Shown: positions 24,993-37,482 of the stretch, one piece after another
Numbering within the stretch: the stretch's first letter is position 1
Layout of the letters: each line of letters begins with the position of its first letter
Source of the DNA: Octopus vulgaris
Taxonomy: Eukaryota
NCBI GenBank assembly: GCA_951406725.2
Contig: OX597818.1
Coordinates: 120,404,001 to 120,468,000, forward strand
DNA: 64,000 bases
Direction: 5' to 3'
The notes under the pieces: model-generated
Databases searched by the model: none
What the model saw: the letters and a program-made list of their open reading frames with translations, nothing else
What the model was told of the DNA's origin: nothing
Program-made: the position numbers and the translations under genes

Positions 24993-26311
24993 TTAACCAA
25001 TTGTTGATTCATGTAGCTACATGTTTGATTTGTTAATTACGAAATACCTTATTAACTGTTCTAGATTCTTTTAGAAAAGTCTCTTGTAATTTTGTTTACA
25101 GTTCTAAGTTCGTTTAAATTTTAATTACATATATGTGTGATTGTGCATTTATATGCATATGTATCCATATGTATATACAAGTGCATGTATACATGCATGT
25201 ATATATGTACTTGTGTGCATATGGGTGCATGTGCACATGTGTGCATGTGCATGTGTGTATGTGTGTGCATTGCTGCAGCACATACTCCCTTTTGCCTGAC
25301 CTATTTCTCTTTATGCGTCTTAACATTCAAATAATGTTTGAGCTATCCTCCTAATTCATCATTATCATTGTAACATTCATTTTTTCCTAGGCTAGTATGA
25401 GTTAGGGGAGTTCTGCTGTTCATGTTTATCATATTGCTATACGTGATGCTAAACCATGTTATTTATCTAGGAGATCTAGCATTCTAAATTCTAACCTCAC
25501 CATTCTTTAAGACAACCCATGTCATAAATAACTTGTTCTGATTTAGATCCATTCCACTTGTATTTTTTGTAACTTTTTCACCCATTATTCATCATCTGCT
25601 TTTCTTACAGTACTCTGCAATCATCTCTCCTACACACCTCTTCTACATACATCAGCTGATGCTTCTAATGGCCAGCTGCTCTCTCACCTCACATATGCTC
25701 CAGTTAACATAACACATCCATTATATTCTCCATCATTTATAATACACTTTCTCAAAATGGGTCCCATCTCCTCTGTAATGACCAACAAATTTGAATATAT
25801 TCAAAAATTGCCACTTGTCTTATTCTTAAAATTTATGACCTGCATAACCAAACCACTTTGCTTTTGTAATCTGCTACCATCTATACAGACTACATATCTC
25901 TCACTGCTATATATAAATATATATGTATATATATATATTACTTGTTTCAATCCTTGGGTTATAGACATGTTGGGGTGCTACCTTGAAGTGAAGAGTTATC
26001 GTCAAACAAACTGACCCTAGTACTTACTTTTTTAAGTCCAATTCTCAATTTCGTTTAATAGTTGTAAATGCAAGCAGTGTCATGCATTGTCATTCAAGTA
26101 GTGACCATTTCCAATCTTCCATGAAAACATGTCTGGTCATGAGAAATATTACCTTCTTTGGTAACTGGTGAGGGTTAGCGACAAGAAGGGTATTCTGTTG
26201 CAGAAAATCCACTATAATGTCTGACCCATGCAAGCATGGAAAAATGGATGTTCAGAATGAGTCCAATCCTTGCCAACATGGAACATAGATGTTAAATGAT
26301 GATGAGGATTA

Positions 26312-26715
26312 TTCTTTTCTACTCTAGGCACAAGGCCTGACATTTTTGGTGAGCGGGGTGGGGCAGTTGATTAGATCGACCTCGGTATGCAACTGGTACT
26401 TAATTTATCGACCCCAAAATGATGAAAGGCAAACTCGACCTCGGTGGAATTTGAACTCAGAATGTAACGGCAGATGAAATACCTATTTCTTTACTACCCA
26501 CAAGGGGCTAAACACAGAGGAGACAAACAAGGACAGACAGATGGATTAAGTCGATTACATCGACTCCAGTGCGTAACTGGTACTTATTTAATCGACCCCG
26601 AAAGGATGAAAGGCAAAGTCGATTTCGGCGGAATTTGAACTCGGAACGTATCGGCAGACGAAATACCATTAAGCATTTCGTCCAGCGTGCTAACATTTCT
26701 GCCAGCTTGCCACCT
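26312..26715 (-). mobile_element. Two adjacent family-A SINE units (one with a variant tail)
   Basis: Two central blocks in tandem. The whole unit is flanked by direct repeat GATGATGAGGATTATT. Confidence 0.8.
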
Positions 26716-29700
26716 TGATGATGAGGATTATTATTAAATCTCTAAACAATGTGGTCAGTAAATCCATCATATTAAAATTCACAGCCAATTAGCTATATCT
26801 GACATTTAAAGCGGATAGAATGTATTGATTTTGCAATGCCTATAAATATAAAAAATAACCCAGTATTAATTTATTTATTAAAAGTTTTGGAAGAGAATAA
26901 TTTATTTTACTGTCAGGAAGAGCAGTTAAATGTTGTTAGTCAAGAATGAACCTTTGTTAGAAAGCGAGAGATGAAATGTTTTTGATGAAAAAAACATGAA
27001 ATGTTTAATCTATGGTTAGTTAAGATGACTGACTTCTTTCACCTGTGGAGAGGGTAATAAAAATAAAATCTCTGCTCTTAGTCTGTGAAACCTGATTGCT
27101 GTTCCATGAAAGTTTGTGTGTGAATATGATAAATTTGTGCTAGTGTGAGGTTTGTGAAGGCGTGTGGCTTATTGGTTAAGGATATTCAGCTCCCAATCAT
27201 AAGGTTGTGAGTTCAATTACTGGCTGTGACTCATGTCCTTGGGCAAGGCACTTAATTTCATATTTCGCCAGTCCTCTCAACTGGTAAAAATGAGTCGTAC
27301 CTGTAATTCACAAGGTCACATATTGTGTCACTCTGAATCTCCCTGAGAACTATGTTAAGGGTATACATGTCTGTGGAATACTCAGCCAGCTACATGTTAC
27401 TTTCATGAACAAGCTGTTCCGTTCAGTGGATCAACTGGAGCCCTTGTCATTGTGACTGACAGAATAGTATAGTATTGCCAGGTTGTATAGTTTGTTGTTG
27501 CTTCTGGGTTCCAGGCCAATTCTGAATGGGTAGGTATTGTAGCTGTGACCATCCTATCTTTTATTCGGTCAGCATAGCAGTGATTACTAGATTATTAAAC
27601 ATTTATTTCTTTTATAAGATAGTAAGAAGCAATTAAAGATAGATTTTGGTTGCTATTTCTTGCAGCTAGAGTCACTACAGACAGGATACCTCATTGGCTT
27701 GACTATAAATTGATCTGATTGTGTGTGTGTGTGTGCTTGTTTTACTCTGAATGCCATTGCATATCCTTGTTGCTTTATGCAGGCATGTAAAAAAAAAAAA
27801 AATCAATGAATCTAAATCGATCTATCAATAATTTATCTTTTAACAGTTTACCACTATGAAATGCTGATGGGATTTTCTCCCAAGATTTTAAAATAATCCT
27901 GTCCAGAATACAAAATACATTTTAACATAAATATTTTGAACTGACCTTGTGCTAGTGTCACATAAAAAACACTTAGTACACTCTCTAAAGTGGTTGGCAT
28001 AAAGAAAGTCATCTGACCATAGAGATCTTGCTAAAATAGACAATCAGAGCCTGGTGCAGCTCTCTGGCTTGCCAGCTCCTTTCAAACTGTCCAATTCATC
28101 CCAGTATGGAATCAGACATTAGATGATAACCCACCCCACTCCCTCCATCATTCCTCTTTATTCACCTAAAAAATCCTGTTATCTGATTGGCTTTCATTAT
28201 AACTAAGGTTTCATTAAAGTAGTGAGCTAGTAAAATCATTAGCACACCAGACAAAATGCTTAGAAACATTTTGTTCATTTCAATGTTCTTAGTTCAAATT
28301 CTACCTTGGTCAACTTTGCCTTTCATCCTTTTAGGGTTTATGAAACCAGTACCAGTTGAGCCACTGGAATTGTTGTTATCCACTTGTCCCCTCCAAAATT
28401 TCAGGCCTTGTGCCTATAATAGAATGAATTATTATTAAGCTTTCATTACCAAGGACCTATTTCTTTACATTAACATTTTCCCTATTCCAGGTGAAAGCAT
28501 TTAACTCATGCCCTAACCTTTTTTTTTTTTTTTTCCTATAAGGATCGCTTACATAGTAATGCAAATTTGTATGTGAATGTCTGATTGCTGTCTTCTTTTT
28601 AGCACCCATGCAAGGGGGCTTTGGGATGCTGTGGTATTTTGACATTATTGTATGCCTCTAATTATCAAAGCTACCCTATTGGCTCAAATCTGACAAGAGC
28701 ACAAGCTCTTGTTTATAGGAATTAACATTTTGTTTATTTTCCACTTTATACCAAATTCAGTTTTTTATATTCTGATAAGTCCTTGCTGTTGTTTAGTGCA
28801 GGATCAGTCCAAAATGGGCAGACCTATGATAAAAGGTGTTCAACTCCTCAATATCTTGTCCCTTCGTTTTCACAGCTACAGTCATGTGTGCTTCCAGTTT
28901 TTAAGACTATATGTGTGATTTGAAATTTGGCTGTTATTTCTAGTAGGTCAAGTTACTTCATAGATGTTCCCTTGTTGGCTTGTTTTGTTGCTTGTTATAT
29001 ATATATTTTTTGTCTTTCTTGTTGCTTCTTCTTTTAAGATTCTGGTTTCAGCATCAGTAACTTCGGTTGTCCTTGAACTGAATCTAGCAAATATTTCTGA
29101 TTCTCCCACTTGTTAGGGAAAAATGGTGAATTTGGACAATTCTCAGTGATTTTGTTCAGAAATAGAATCTTTCTGTTTCTTTTATTTAGATACAAAATTG
29201 TGACTTGGGATGGTAATTGACAAGAAGTATAAAAAGAAATGCTTCTTTGTTTTGTTTTTTTTTCTTTTTGCCTTAAAAAAAATTGTTTAAATATCTCTCT
29301 TGAATGAATATAGATTATTATTTTCTATGATTTGAAGGTTTTGCCAGTTGGAAAAAATAAAAAAAAATGGATTTGTTTTTCCAATTGTATTTTCTGCAGC
29401 AGATGTCTTCAGCAGATGTAAATATAATAACAAAATGTTAATTCTGAGCCACAGAATAGTTTCAGATTGTTGAAGTGGATTGGAGAATGTTTTTTTTTTT
29501 TAAGAACATGGTTACATATAGTGTTTACAAATATCCACTCCCATAACATAATGCCAACCGCATGTGACTTACATCCATTCATACCCTTTTAAAAAACGCA
29601 GAAAATGCTAATATTTTAACCCACCCTGTTTGATGACACAAGAACACTTCATGCAGGCTTTGACTGTCAAAGATTGTTACTTTCAACACGTACAAATGCA

Positions 29701-29748
29701 CTCACAGTGTGTGTGTGTGCGTGTGTGTGTAATATGTATATAGAATAT

Positions 29749-29915
29749 ATATTTCTTTACTGCCCACAAGGGGCTAAACACAGAGGGGACAAACAAGGAC
29801 AGACAAAGGGATTAAGTCGATTGCATCAACCCCCAGCGCGTAACTGGTACTTAATCGATCCCGAAAGGATGAAAGGCAAAGTCGACCTCAGCAGAACTTG
29901 AACTCAGAATGTAAC
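29749..29915 (-). mobile_element. SINE family A, truncated
   Basis: Body and tail match. Confidence 0.8.
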
Positions 29916-29939
29916 CTGTATATAGAAAATAGTTTTAGT

Positions 29940-30335
29940 GATCATTCTCCATGCATGGGCCACATGGTGTTTATTGAGGAAGATTCTCTATGGCTAGATG
30001 TCCTTCCTGCTGCCAACACCTGCCTGTTTCTAAGTAAAGAAATATTTCCTTATGGCCAGACATGTTTTTACAGAATACTGGAAATGAACGACACTGCCTC
30101 TATGACAGTGACATTCATTTGCGACTAACACATGATGTCAAGACAAGGAGACTTAACATAAACATACACACACACAGGGCTTCTTTCAGTTTCTGATTAC
30201 CTAATCCACTTATAAGGCTTTGGTTGGCCTTGACTATTGTAGAAACACTTGTCCAAGGTGCCATGCAGTGGGACTGAACCTGAAATCTTGCAGCCGGGAA
30301 GCAAACTTCTTACCCACACAGCCATGCCTGCCCCT
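29940..30335 (-). mobile_element. SINE with family-B head but a different body and tail (family G)
   Basis: B-type tRNA/CORE head, then 'ccttgtcttgacatc...catgtctggccat...ggaaatatt...aggaagg.catc'. Relatives at ~26060-26310, 48494-49130 and 52660-52890. Confidence 0.7.
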
Positions 30336-30477
30336 TGGTGGCAACAGTCTTTGATAACTGAATCAGCTTGAAATGTCTTTGTTATCATACAGAGAAAGTT
30401 AAAACATCAGCATTTTTTGAGGGGTTTTTTTTTCAAATTTTAAAACGTTGGATGTAGAGGGTTTGTTGGACACAGTT

Positions 30478-30830
30478 GTTATCGTTAGGCCTAACTCATC
30501 ATAAGGTAAATACCACCATGACCGATATCCAAACTACAGTGGAGAAGGCTAGCCACTGGATTTGGTTAAAAAGAGACAATGAGCGATGGCTAGAGAAATA
30601 TTGAGCTTTATTTAATAACCAGTTGATCTAGCAAGTGGGGCCCTCATATCAGTGGAGGGTGGTGGTGCGCATAGATGCCATCAAGAGGTAGACCCTGAAA
30701 CGGCGTGCATTCTCTCCTGATGACCTCATACACTTACTGGCTTCTGGTATGCGGAGTTTTTGACTGGTAGTACTTGCATGTGCAAGTTGTTTGCAAGGCG
30801 TCTATGCCTCAAACAACTGGCATTATGTTT
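30478..30830 (+). mobile_element. 3' fragment of a restriction-like-endonuclease (HERO/R2-group-like) non-LTR retrotransposon
   Basis: LSLGLTHHKVNTTMTDIQTTVEKASHWIWLKRDNERWLEKY* resembles the 'AEKASxWxWxKR..W' C-terminus of RLE-type elements. A GC-richer putative 3' UTR follows. Confidence 0.6.
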
Positions 30831-31064
30831 TGAAAATAGAAATATGTCAAGGAAATAACTATTGATGGTATACATTTGTGTTTAATGTTACTTGTGGGGA
30901 GTGTTTCATTGCAAAAGAGAAACTCTTTTGTGTATGTGTTTGTGGGTTCTTGCTTACAAACTGAAGAAAAGAAGACGAAAGGAAGAGAAAGAATTGACTC
31001 CTTTTTTTTTTATTGTGGACTGAGAGGCTGGTTTATTAGAGAACCCCCTCCACATTTTTGTTTT

Positions 31065-31669
31065 ACTCTTTTACTTCTTTCACTCATTTGACTGTGGCCA
31101 TGCTGGAGCACCACCTTTAGTCAAGCAAATCGACCCCAGAGCTTAGTCTTTGTAAGCCTAGTACTTATTCTATCAGTCACTTTTGCAGAACCGCTAAGTT
31201 ACGGGGACATAAACACACCAGCATCGGTTGTCAAGCGATGTTGGGAGGACAAACACAGACACAAACATACACACACGCACGCACACACATACTCATATAC
31301 ACTCATACACACAAACACACACACACACACATACGACGGGCTTCTTTCAGTTTCCATCTACCAAATTCACTCACAAGGCTTTGGTCGTCCCGAGGCTATA
31401 GTAGAAGACACTTGCCCAAGGTGCTACGCAGTGGGACTGAACCCAGGACCATGTGGTTGGTAAGCAAGCTACTTACCAGACAGCCACTCCTGCACCTATA
31501 TATATATTTTTCAGCTTGTTGCAGCCATTGGACTGAGGTTTAGTCAAACAAATCAACTCCAGGACTTATTTTAAGTTTTGTACTTATTATATCAAGTCTT
31601 TTACTGAGCCACTAAGTTATGAGGACATAAAGAAACCAACGTCTGATGTCTGGTTGTGGCAAGGTGGTG

Positions 31670-31720
<51 letters not shown>

Positions 31721-31870
31721 AGAACTTTCCCATAGTTTCTGTCTACCAAATTCATTCACAAGGCATTGGTCAGTCTTGGGCTAAAGTAGAAGACACTTGT
31801 TGATGGGACTGAACCCATATTCATGTGATTGCAAAGCAAGCTTCTTAACCACATAGCCATGCCTGCTCCC
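31065..31870 (-). mobile_element. Two tandem family-B SINEs (31065-31499 near-consensus, ~31510-31870 degenerate)
   Basis: Both are colinear with 22228-22639. Confidence 0.83.
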
Positions 31871-33864
31871 ATATTATGGGACTATATTGTGGAATATTTT
31901 TAAAGGGTTGGGTGAGATTTGGAGGAAGCTTTGTGATTATTTCCTACACTTTGTTTGATTATGTAAGGGCTTTATATTCTGTCTTGTGGTTGGTGACTGA
32001 TGGATGTAAACCAGTGAACTGTGTTACTTCAAGCTGATGTCTTAGTACGAAACATACCAGTAGGATTTAATTTAATAATTTAAGATGGGTAAGGTCCGAA
32101 TGGGGTGAGATTAAAGCTATGCTATTTTAAAAAACTTTAAAGAGGATAAAGCAATTATTACAAATATTACTAGATAATTAAATACCACAGTAATTTCTTA
32201 ATCCAATATGAACTTAAATATGTCAATTAATGAAGTAATTTAAAAATGCTATTAAACTAATTGAAAGCTTTGAAACTAATATCCCTGACCCCACTTCCTC
32301 CCACATCATCACTTGCTAGTTCAATTGCACTCACATACCTGTATGTGAACAGATATATGCATGTGCTCACAAATGCACTCATTGACGTATCTGAGTTATT
32401 TCACTCAGCTTAGGTTTTGTAATTATGTGTACAGTAATCCCTCAACTATTGCGGGTGTTACATTCCAAAACTCCACCACAATACTCTTTAACCCTTTTAC
32501 TTGTTTCAGTCATTTGACTGTAGCCATGCTGGAGCACCGCCTTTAGTCTATCAAATCGACCCCAGGACTTATGCTTTGTAAGCCTAGTACTTATTCTATC
32601 GGTCTCTTTTGCCGAACCGCTAAGTTCCATGGACATAAACACACCAGCATCTGTTCAACTAAAGGCGGTGCTCCAGCATGGCCACAGCCAAATGACTGAA
32701 ACAAATAAAAGAATATATATATTGCAATATTATTTCTTGTTTTTATACAGGAATTCTCTGTCATACTTTTATTTTTTCTTCTTTTCATTCTCTTCATTTC
32801 TCTTCTACTCTCTCTCTTTGCCTGCTTTCTTATCTCTCCCCCCTTGCTCCTCTCTCTGTTCTATCTTCTTCCCCTCCTCTTTCCTTTTCCTTCTATTTTT
32901 CTCTCTAGACCTGTCCCTCACTGCCCTCCCTCTCTCTCACCCTCTCTCTAAAACTGTGTTCCTTTGTCTCACTCTCTAGCACCATCTCTGCTTGTCTCTA
33001 ACTCTTTGCTCTTAGATATCTACCCACTCTCTGCCATTCCTATATATCTTCATTGATGTTGGCCACAAAGAACTACAATACAAAGAACTGTTAATGTTCT
33101 ACCACCATATTGGTCTATTAAGCAGAAACAGCAGCAGCCGTATTTCATAAAAGAACTATTCCAATTATTTTCTATTGGAAGAACAAATTTCTTTGATAAG
33201 AAATGAAATTGCTTTCTTTTATATTTATAGTGAAATCTATTTTATTATGAAGGTGTAAATTACTACCATTCTTAGTGCTAAGGAAACATTATGGAACAGA
33301 AATAGTGTATTCTAAGAGTTTTATTTTACATACATATATGTAGTGCGGTAAGTAGCTTGCTTACCAACCACATGGTTCCAGGTTCAGTCCCACTGCGTGG
33401 CACCTTGGGCAAGTGTCTTCTACTATAGCCTCTGGCTGACCAAAGCTTTGTGAGTGGATTTGGTAGATGGAAACTTGAAGAAGCCTATCGTTAGTGTGTG
33501 TGTGTGTGTGTGTGTGTGTATGTATAAATAAATATGTGTGTGTATGTATTACAACCTCGCACCTACCCGACAATTTCATTCTAAAAATATACAATCACAT
33601 CATTGAAATCTTGAAGCTATGAGATAATGTTTGGTTAATCCTAAACCATGTAAATAAAGAAGCATTATTTTTGACAGGGTGATCTGAATGTTGAAGGGTT
33701 AAAAAGTTTTAATCCCAGCCCCAATATTTGCCCCAGAGAGAGTAAAGGTTTGCCAACCATAAAGTGATGTAACTAAATAATAAAATTTTTCTTTGACATT
33801 ATTAAGTCTGCCAGTCCCTGAAACACATGTGCGCATGCACACACACACACACACACACACACAT

Positions 33865-34307
33865 AGGATCTTTTCGGTTTGAACTGCAGTTTTTAAAAAT
33901 AATTTCCCTGTAACTAAACACTTTTAAACTTCGTATACTGGTATAATGTGTTTATAAAACATCTTCTTTTCTTGGCTTTATTGAGAAAATTCTATAGTTT
34001 GTAAGATATTTGTTGTTTTTTCTTCAATTTCTGCAATTTCAACCAATCAATGACGTCTATTGAGGTGAAAACATTCTGTGCCATATGAATATATCCCTCG
34101 TTTAAGAAACAGATTGGGTTTATTTACATTTCTGAAGAAAAAAAGATAACCTTCCCTCCACCCCTAACCTACCCTAACTGACCCTAACTCTAACCCTAAC
34201 CCTTAAACTGATTGAAATGCAATAGATTGATACTAGAGTCATAATTATGGGTGACAATTTCATATGACACCACTAGAAAAAACTGCCATTCAAACCGAAA
34301 AGATCCC
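33865..34307. mobile_element. Unclassified TIR element with internal (CCCTAA)-like repeats
   Basis: ~28-bp TIRs GGATCTTTTCGGTTTGAAxxGCAGTTTT. Possible 6-bp TSD ACACAT within a (CA)n context. Degenerate CCCTAA array at ~34160-34205. Confidence 0.75.
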
Positions 34308-35459
34308 ACACATACACTTTAAAGGGTTTTCCCATAAATTCTGCCTTCCAAATTTTTATTTGCAAAGATTTGGTCAGACCAAATCTGTCGAAGACATTTA
34401 CCCAAGGTGCTATGCATTGGAATCACACTGAAAACCATGTAATTGTGAGGGAAACTTTTTTTTTCAACCATGCATAGAAAATGTAATAAAACAGGAGTAT
34501 CAGAGGGAGTAACTTGATTCTTTATAGCAGGGTTCCATGAGAGAGCGCTAGGGGGTACCATGAGAAGTCATGAGGAATAGTGATAAATAGACTAATTATA
34601 TGTAAATGTATTTTTGAGTGATTTTTGTGTTTAATTTTATATTTTTGAATTTATTATATACGCATGACATATTCCCTCTTCTAGTGAAAGCCTAGCATTT
34701 GTGGGTGGTATGACTACCTTATGGGAAAAGTGACTTTTAATTAGATAAGTTGAAGGGAATTTGATCTAAGCAAGGTCTTGGTTAGTGTAAAATTTCTTAA
34801 ATATCCTTCATGGCTTCTGATGGATTTGGTATTAAACATTTCAAAGACAGCTTTGTGATATGTTATATGTCTTATGGAATTATTAAATAGATAAATGATA
34901 GTATAGGCTTGGGTATGCTGTTTGTATGTGTTGTGGGTATGTGCTGCTGCTTGCTTCGCAATCATGTGGTTTGAAGTTCAGTCCTGCTGCAACTGCCCCA
35001 TTAGCAGTGTCTTCTAAGGGTTGACCAAAGCTTTGTGATGGGATTTGGTTGACAGAAGCAGAAAGCGTGTGAGTGTGTGCGTGTTGTGTGTAGTGTTTGT
35101 GTTGCGTGTAGTGTTTGTGTTGTGTGTGTATTGTGTATTATGCGTGTGTATGTATTGTGTGTGTTGTACGTGTGTATGTATTGTGTGTTGTGTTTGTGTG
35201 AATGGTGCCCCAGAATGACCACAGCTTTCAAGCTGAAACTGTCTAAAGAGTTATAATTAGATAACTTAGATTGGTTTCAGCCATTATCGGCTCAGGTTGT
35301 GACTAACTCAATAGCGTCACCTAGTGAATTGTAAACATAATACTGATTTCATTTGGATAATATTGGTGGAATATTTTCCACATGGTACAAATAATGTATC
35401 ACTCATGGTGACGTTGCAGAGAATAGTTTCAGCTGTTTAAGTTGAGCCCTGTTATATTG

Positions 35460-36260
35460 TCTAAGAGGATCCATCAAGCCAAGTGCACCCATGCTGGTAG
35501 CATGTAACAAAATCGACCTTTGAATGTTGGGCCTCATGGAGGCAAGGTGGCTGAGTTTCTTTCGAGTGTTGGGCCTCATGATGGCAAAGTGGCTGAGTTC
35601 CTTTTGAGTGCTGGGCCTCACAGAGGCGAGGTGGCTGAGTTCCTTTCAAGTGGGCCTCATGGAGGTGAGGTGGCCAAGTTCCTTTTGAGCGCTGACCCTC
35701 ATGGAGGCAAAGTGGCCAAGCTCCCTTTGAGTGTTGGGCCTCACAGAGGCAATGACCAAGATGTTGGCATTATGTCATGATTAAGAAGATCCATCAAGCC
35801 AGGCAAAATCAGTCATGGCAGATACCATTGTCACGCAAATGGCACCCATGTCAGTGGCATGTAAAAGCACCCATTACACTCTCAGAGTGGTTGGTGTTAG
35901 GAAGGGCATCCAGCTATAGAAAACCATGCCAAACCAGACTGGATCCTGCCACAGCCTTCTAGTGTGCCAGCTCAGTCAAACCTATTTCTTTACTACCCGC
36001 AAGGGGCTAAACACAGAGAGGACAAACAAGGACAGACAAACGGATAAAGTCAATCATATCGACCCCAGTGTTTCACTGGTACTTATTTAATCGACCCTGA
36101 AAGGATGAAAGGCAAAGTCGACCTCGGTGGAATTTGAACTCAAAACGTATCGGCAGACAAAATACGGCTATGCATTTCACCCAGCGTGCTAATGATTCTG
36201 CCAGCTTGCCGCCTACTCAGTCAAACCATCCAACCCATGATGATGATGATGATGATGATC
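35460..36260 (+). mobile_element. Long family-C variant with a 42-bp internal tandem array (6 units, ~35520-35755)
   Basis: GGGCCTC(A)-type anchors at 35529, 35571, 35613, 35652, 35694 and 35736, followed by the family-C 3' end and (GAT)n tail. Confidence 0.78.
35983..36214 (-). mobile_element. SINE family A nested in a family-C element
   Basis: TSD CTCAGTCAAACC on both sides, and the host element resumes after it. Confidence 0.88.
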
Positions 36261-37444
36261 GTATGTAGTATCTGTAGGTTTTTTTCTGTGCACAAAAACA
36301 AAACTCAATCTTATTGTTTATATCTCATAACTTTGTGGTTATAACAATTAGGTCCATAAAATAAGTACTAGAGTAAAGTAAGTACTGGCTGGGAGTGGGG
36401 TCAATAGGATTGACTAAGAAAACATTTGAATAAAAATCATACTACTAGCTTCAATACCCCTGCCAGGTGTTGAATCTGTAAACTGAGTGACAATTGAAGT
36501 ATATAACTTCCGCCAGGTGACGGGAGGGGAAGCAGACTTGTTCTTCCTTTGACCTTCTCTTAATCTACACCAGTGCTTCAGTCCTGAGACAAAGGTCTGA
36601 TTGGATAAGGGCAAGGAAGTGTGTGCATGTGTATGGAGCAGTAGTGCCCCTACCCTTACCACTTCTGGTCACTTGGTAAAAAGAATTAATTCTCCTTTGT
36701 CACTTAGCTGTGACCCCTATCTATGATCTCACCTCCTTCTCTCCTCATTGTCACATGAATTGAGGACAATAATAATTAGCTGTTTTGTTTTATTGACAGT
36801 GTATATAAAAGGAGTTGTAAAACACTTATACACCACCTACCTGGTTGTATTTATTTGACTCAAGTCTTACCTGCTGCTGTGTATGTTATATGTCTTATTG
36901 AGAAATAAATACAAAAGGTTGCCCCCCTCCTCACTTTTATTCTCCCATCCAGCCCTCACTTTAATCCCTTTTTATTTAGGATTATTCAGAAAGGCTCAAT
37001 CTACTTATGCTTTTTATTTTATTTCTGCCTCATCAATTTTGTGAGATTTCATTTAACTCTGTTTAAATAGAACTAAAGTACATGTTTATCCATGTATACA
37101 CATGGACACATATTCAACCACATACATGCACACACACACAGAGACTCTACAAACTTATCTACTCACAGTTACATTTTTATTGTATTTTTGTATTTATATT
37201 TGTGTAACATTGTCTGTTTTTCCGTCCTTGTTTTCGTATACATTCAATGCTTTTTTTTCCAAGAAATCTAATGCTCTTAGTTTAGTTTTTCCTTGGGGCT
37301 GGCCAGATTGGAGCAATCTCAAGATTAATCAGCCAAAATTGCGAAGATGATATGGTTCTTGACTGAAAATAAAAGGCTTCGAATGACCTGTCCTTGTTTT
37401 TGTGTATCGTCTATCTGGATGTTTTGTGTTCTTGTCCCATTTTG

Positions 37445-37482
<38 letters not shown>

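Noticed and set aside
34160-34205. True telomere or chromosome-fusion site
   Set aside because: It is short, degenerate and enclosed within a TIR element.
35520-35780. Repetitive 14-aa-period ORF
   Set aside because: It is a by-product of the 42-bp tandem unit inside a retroposon.
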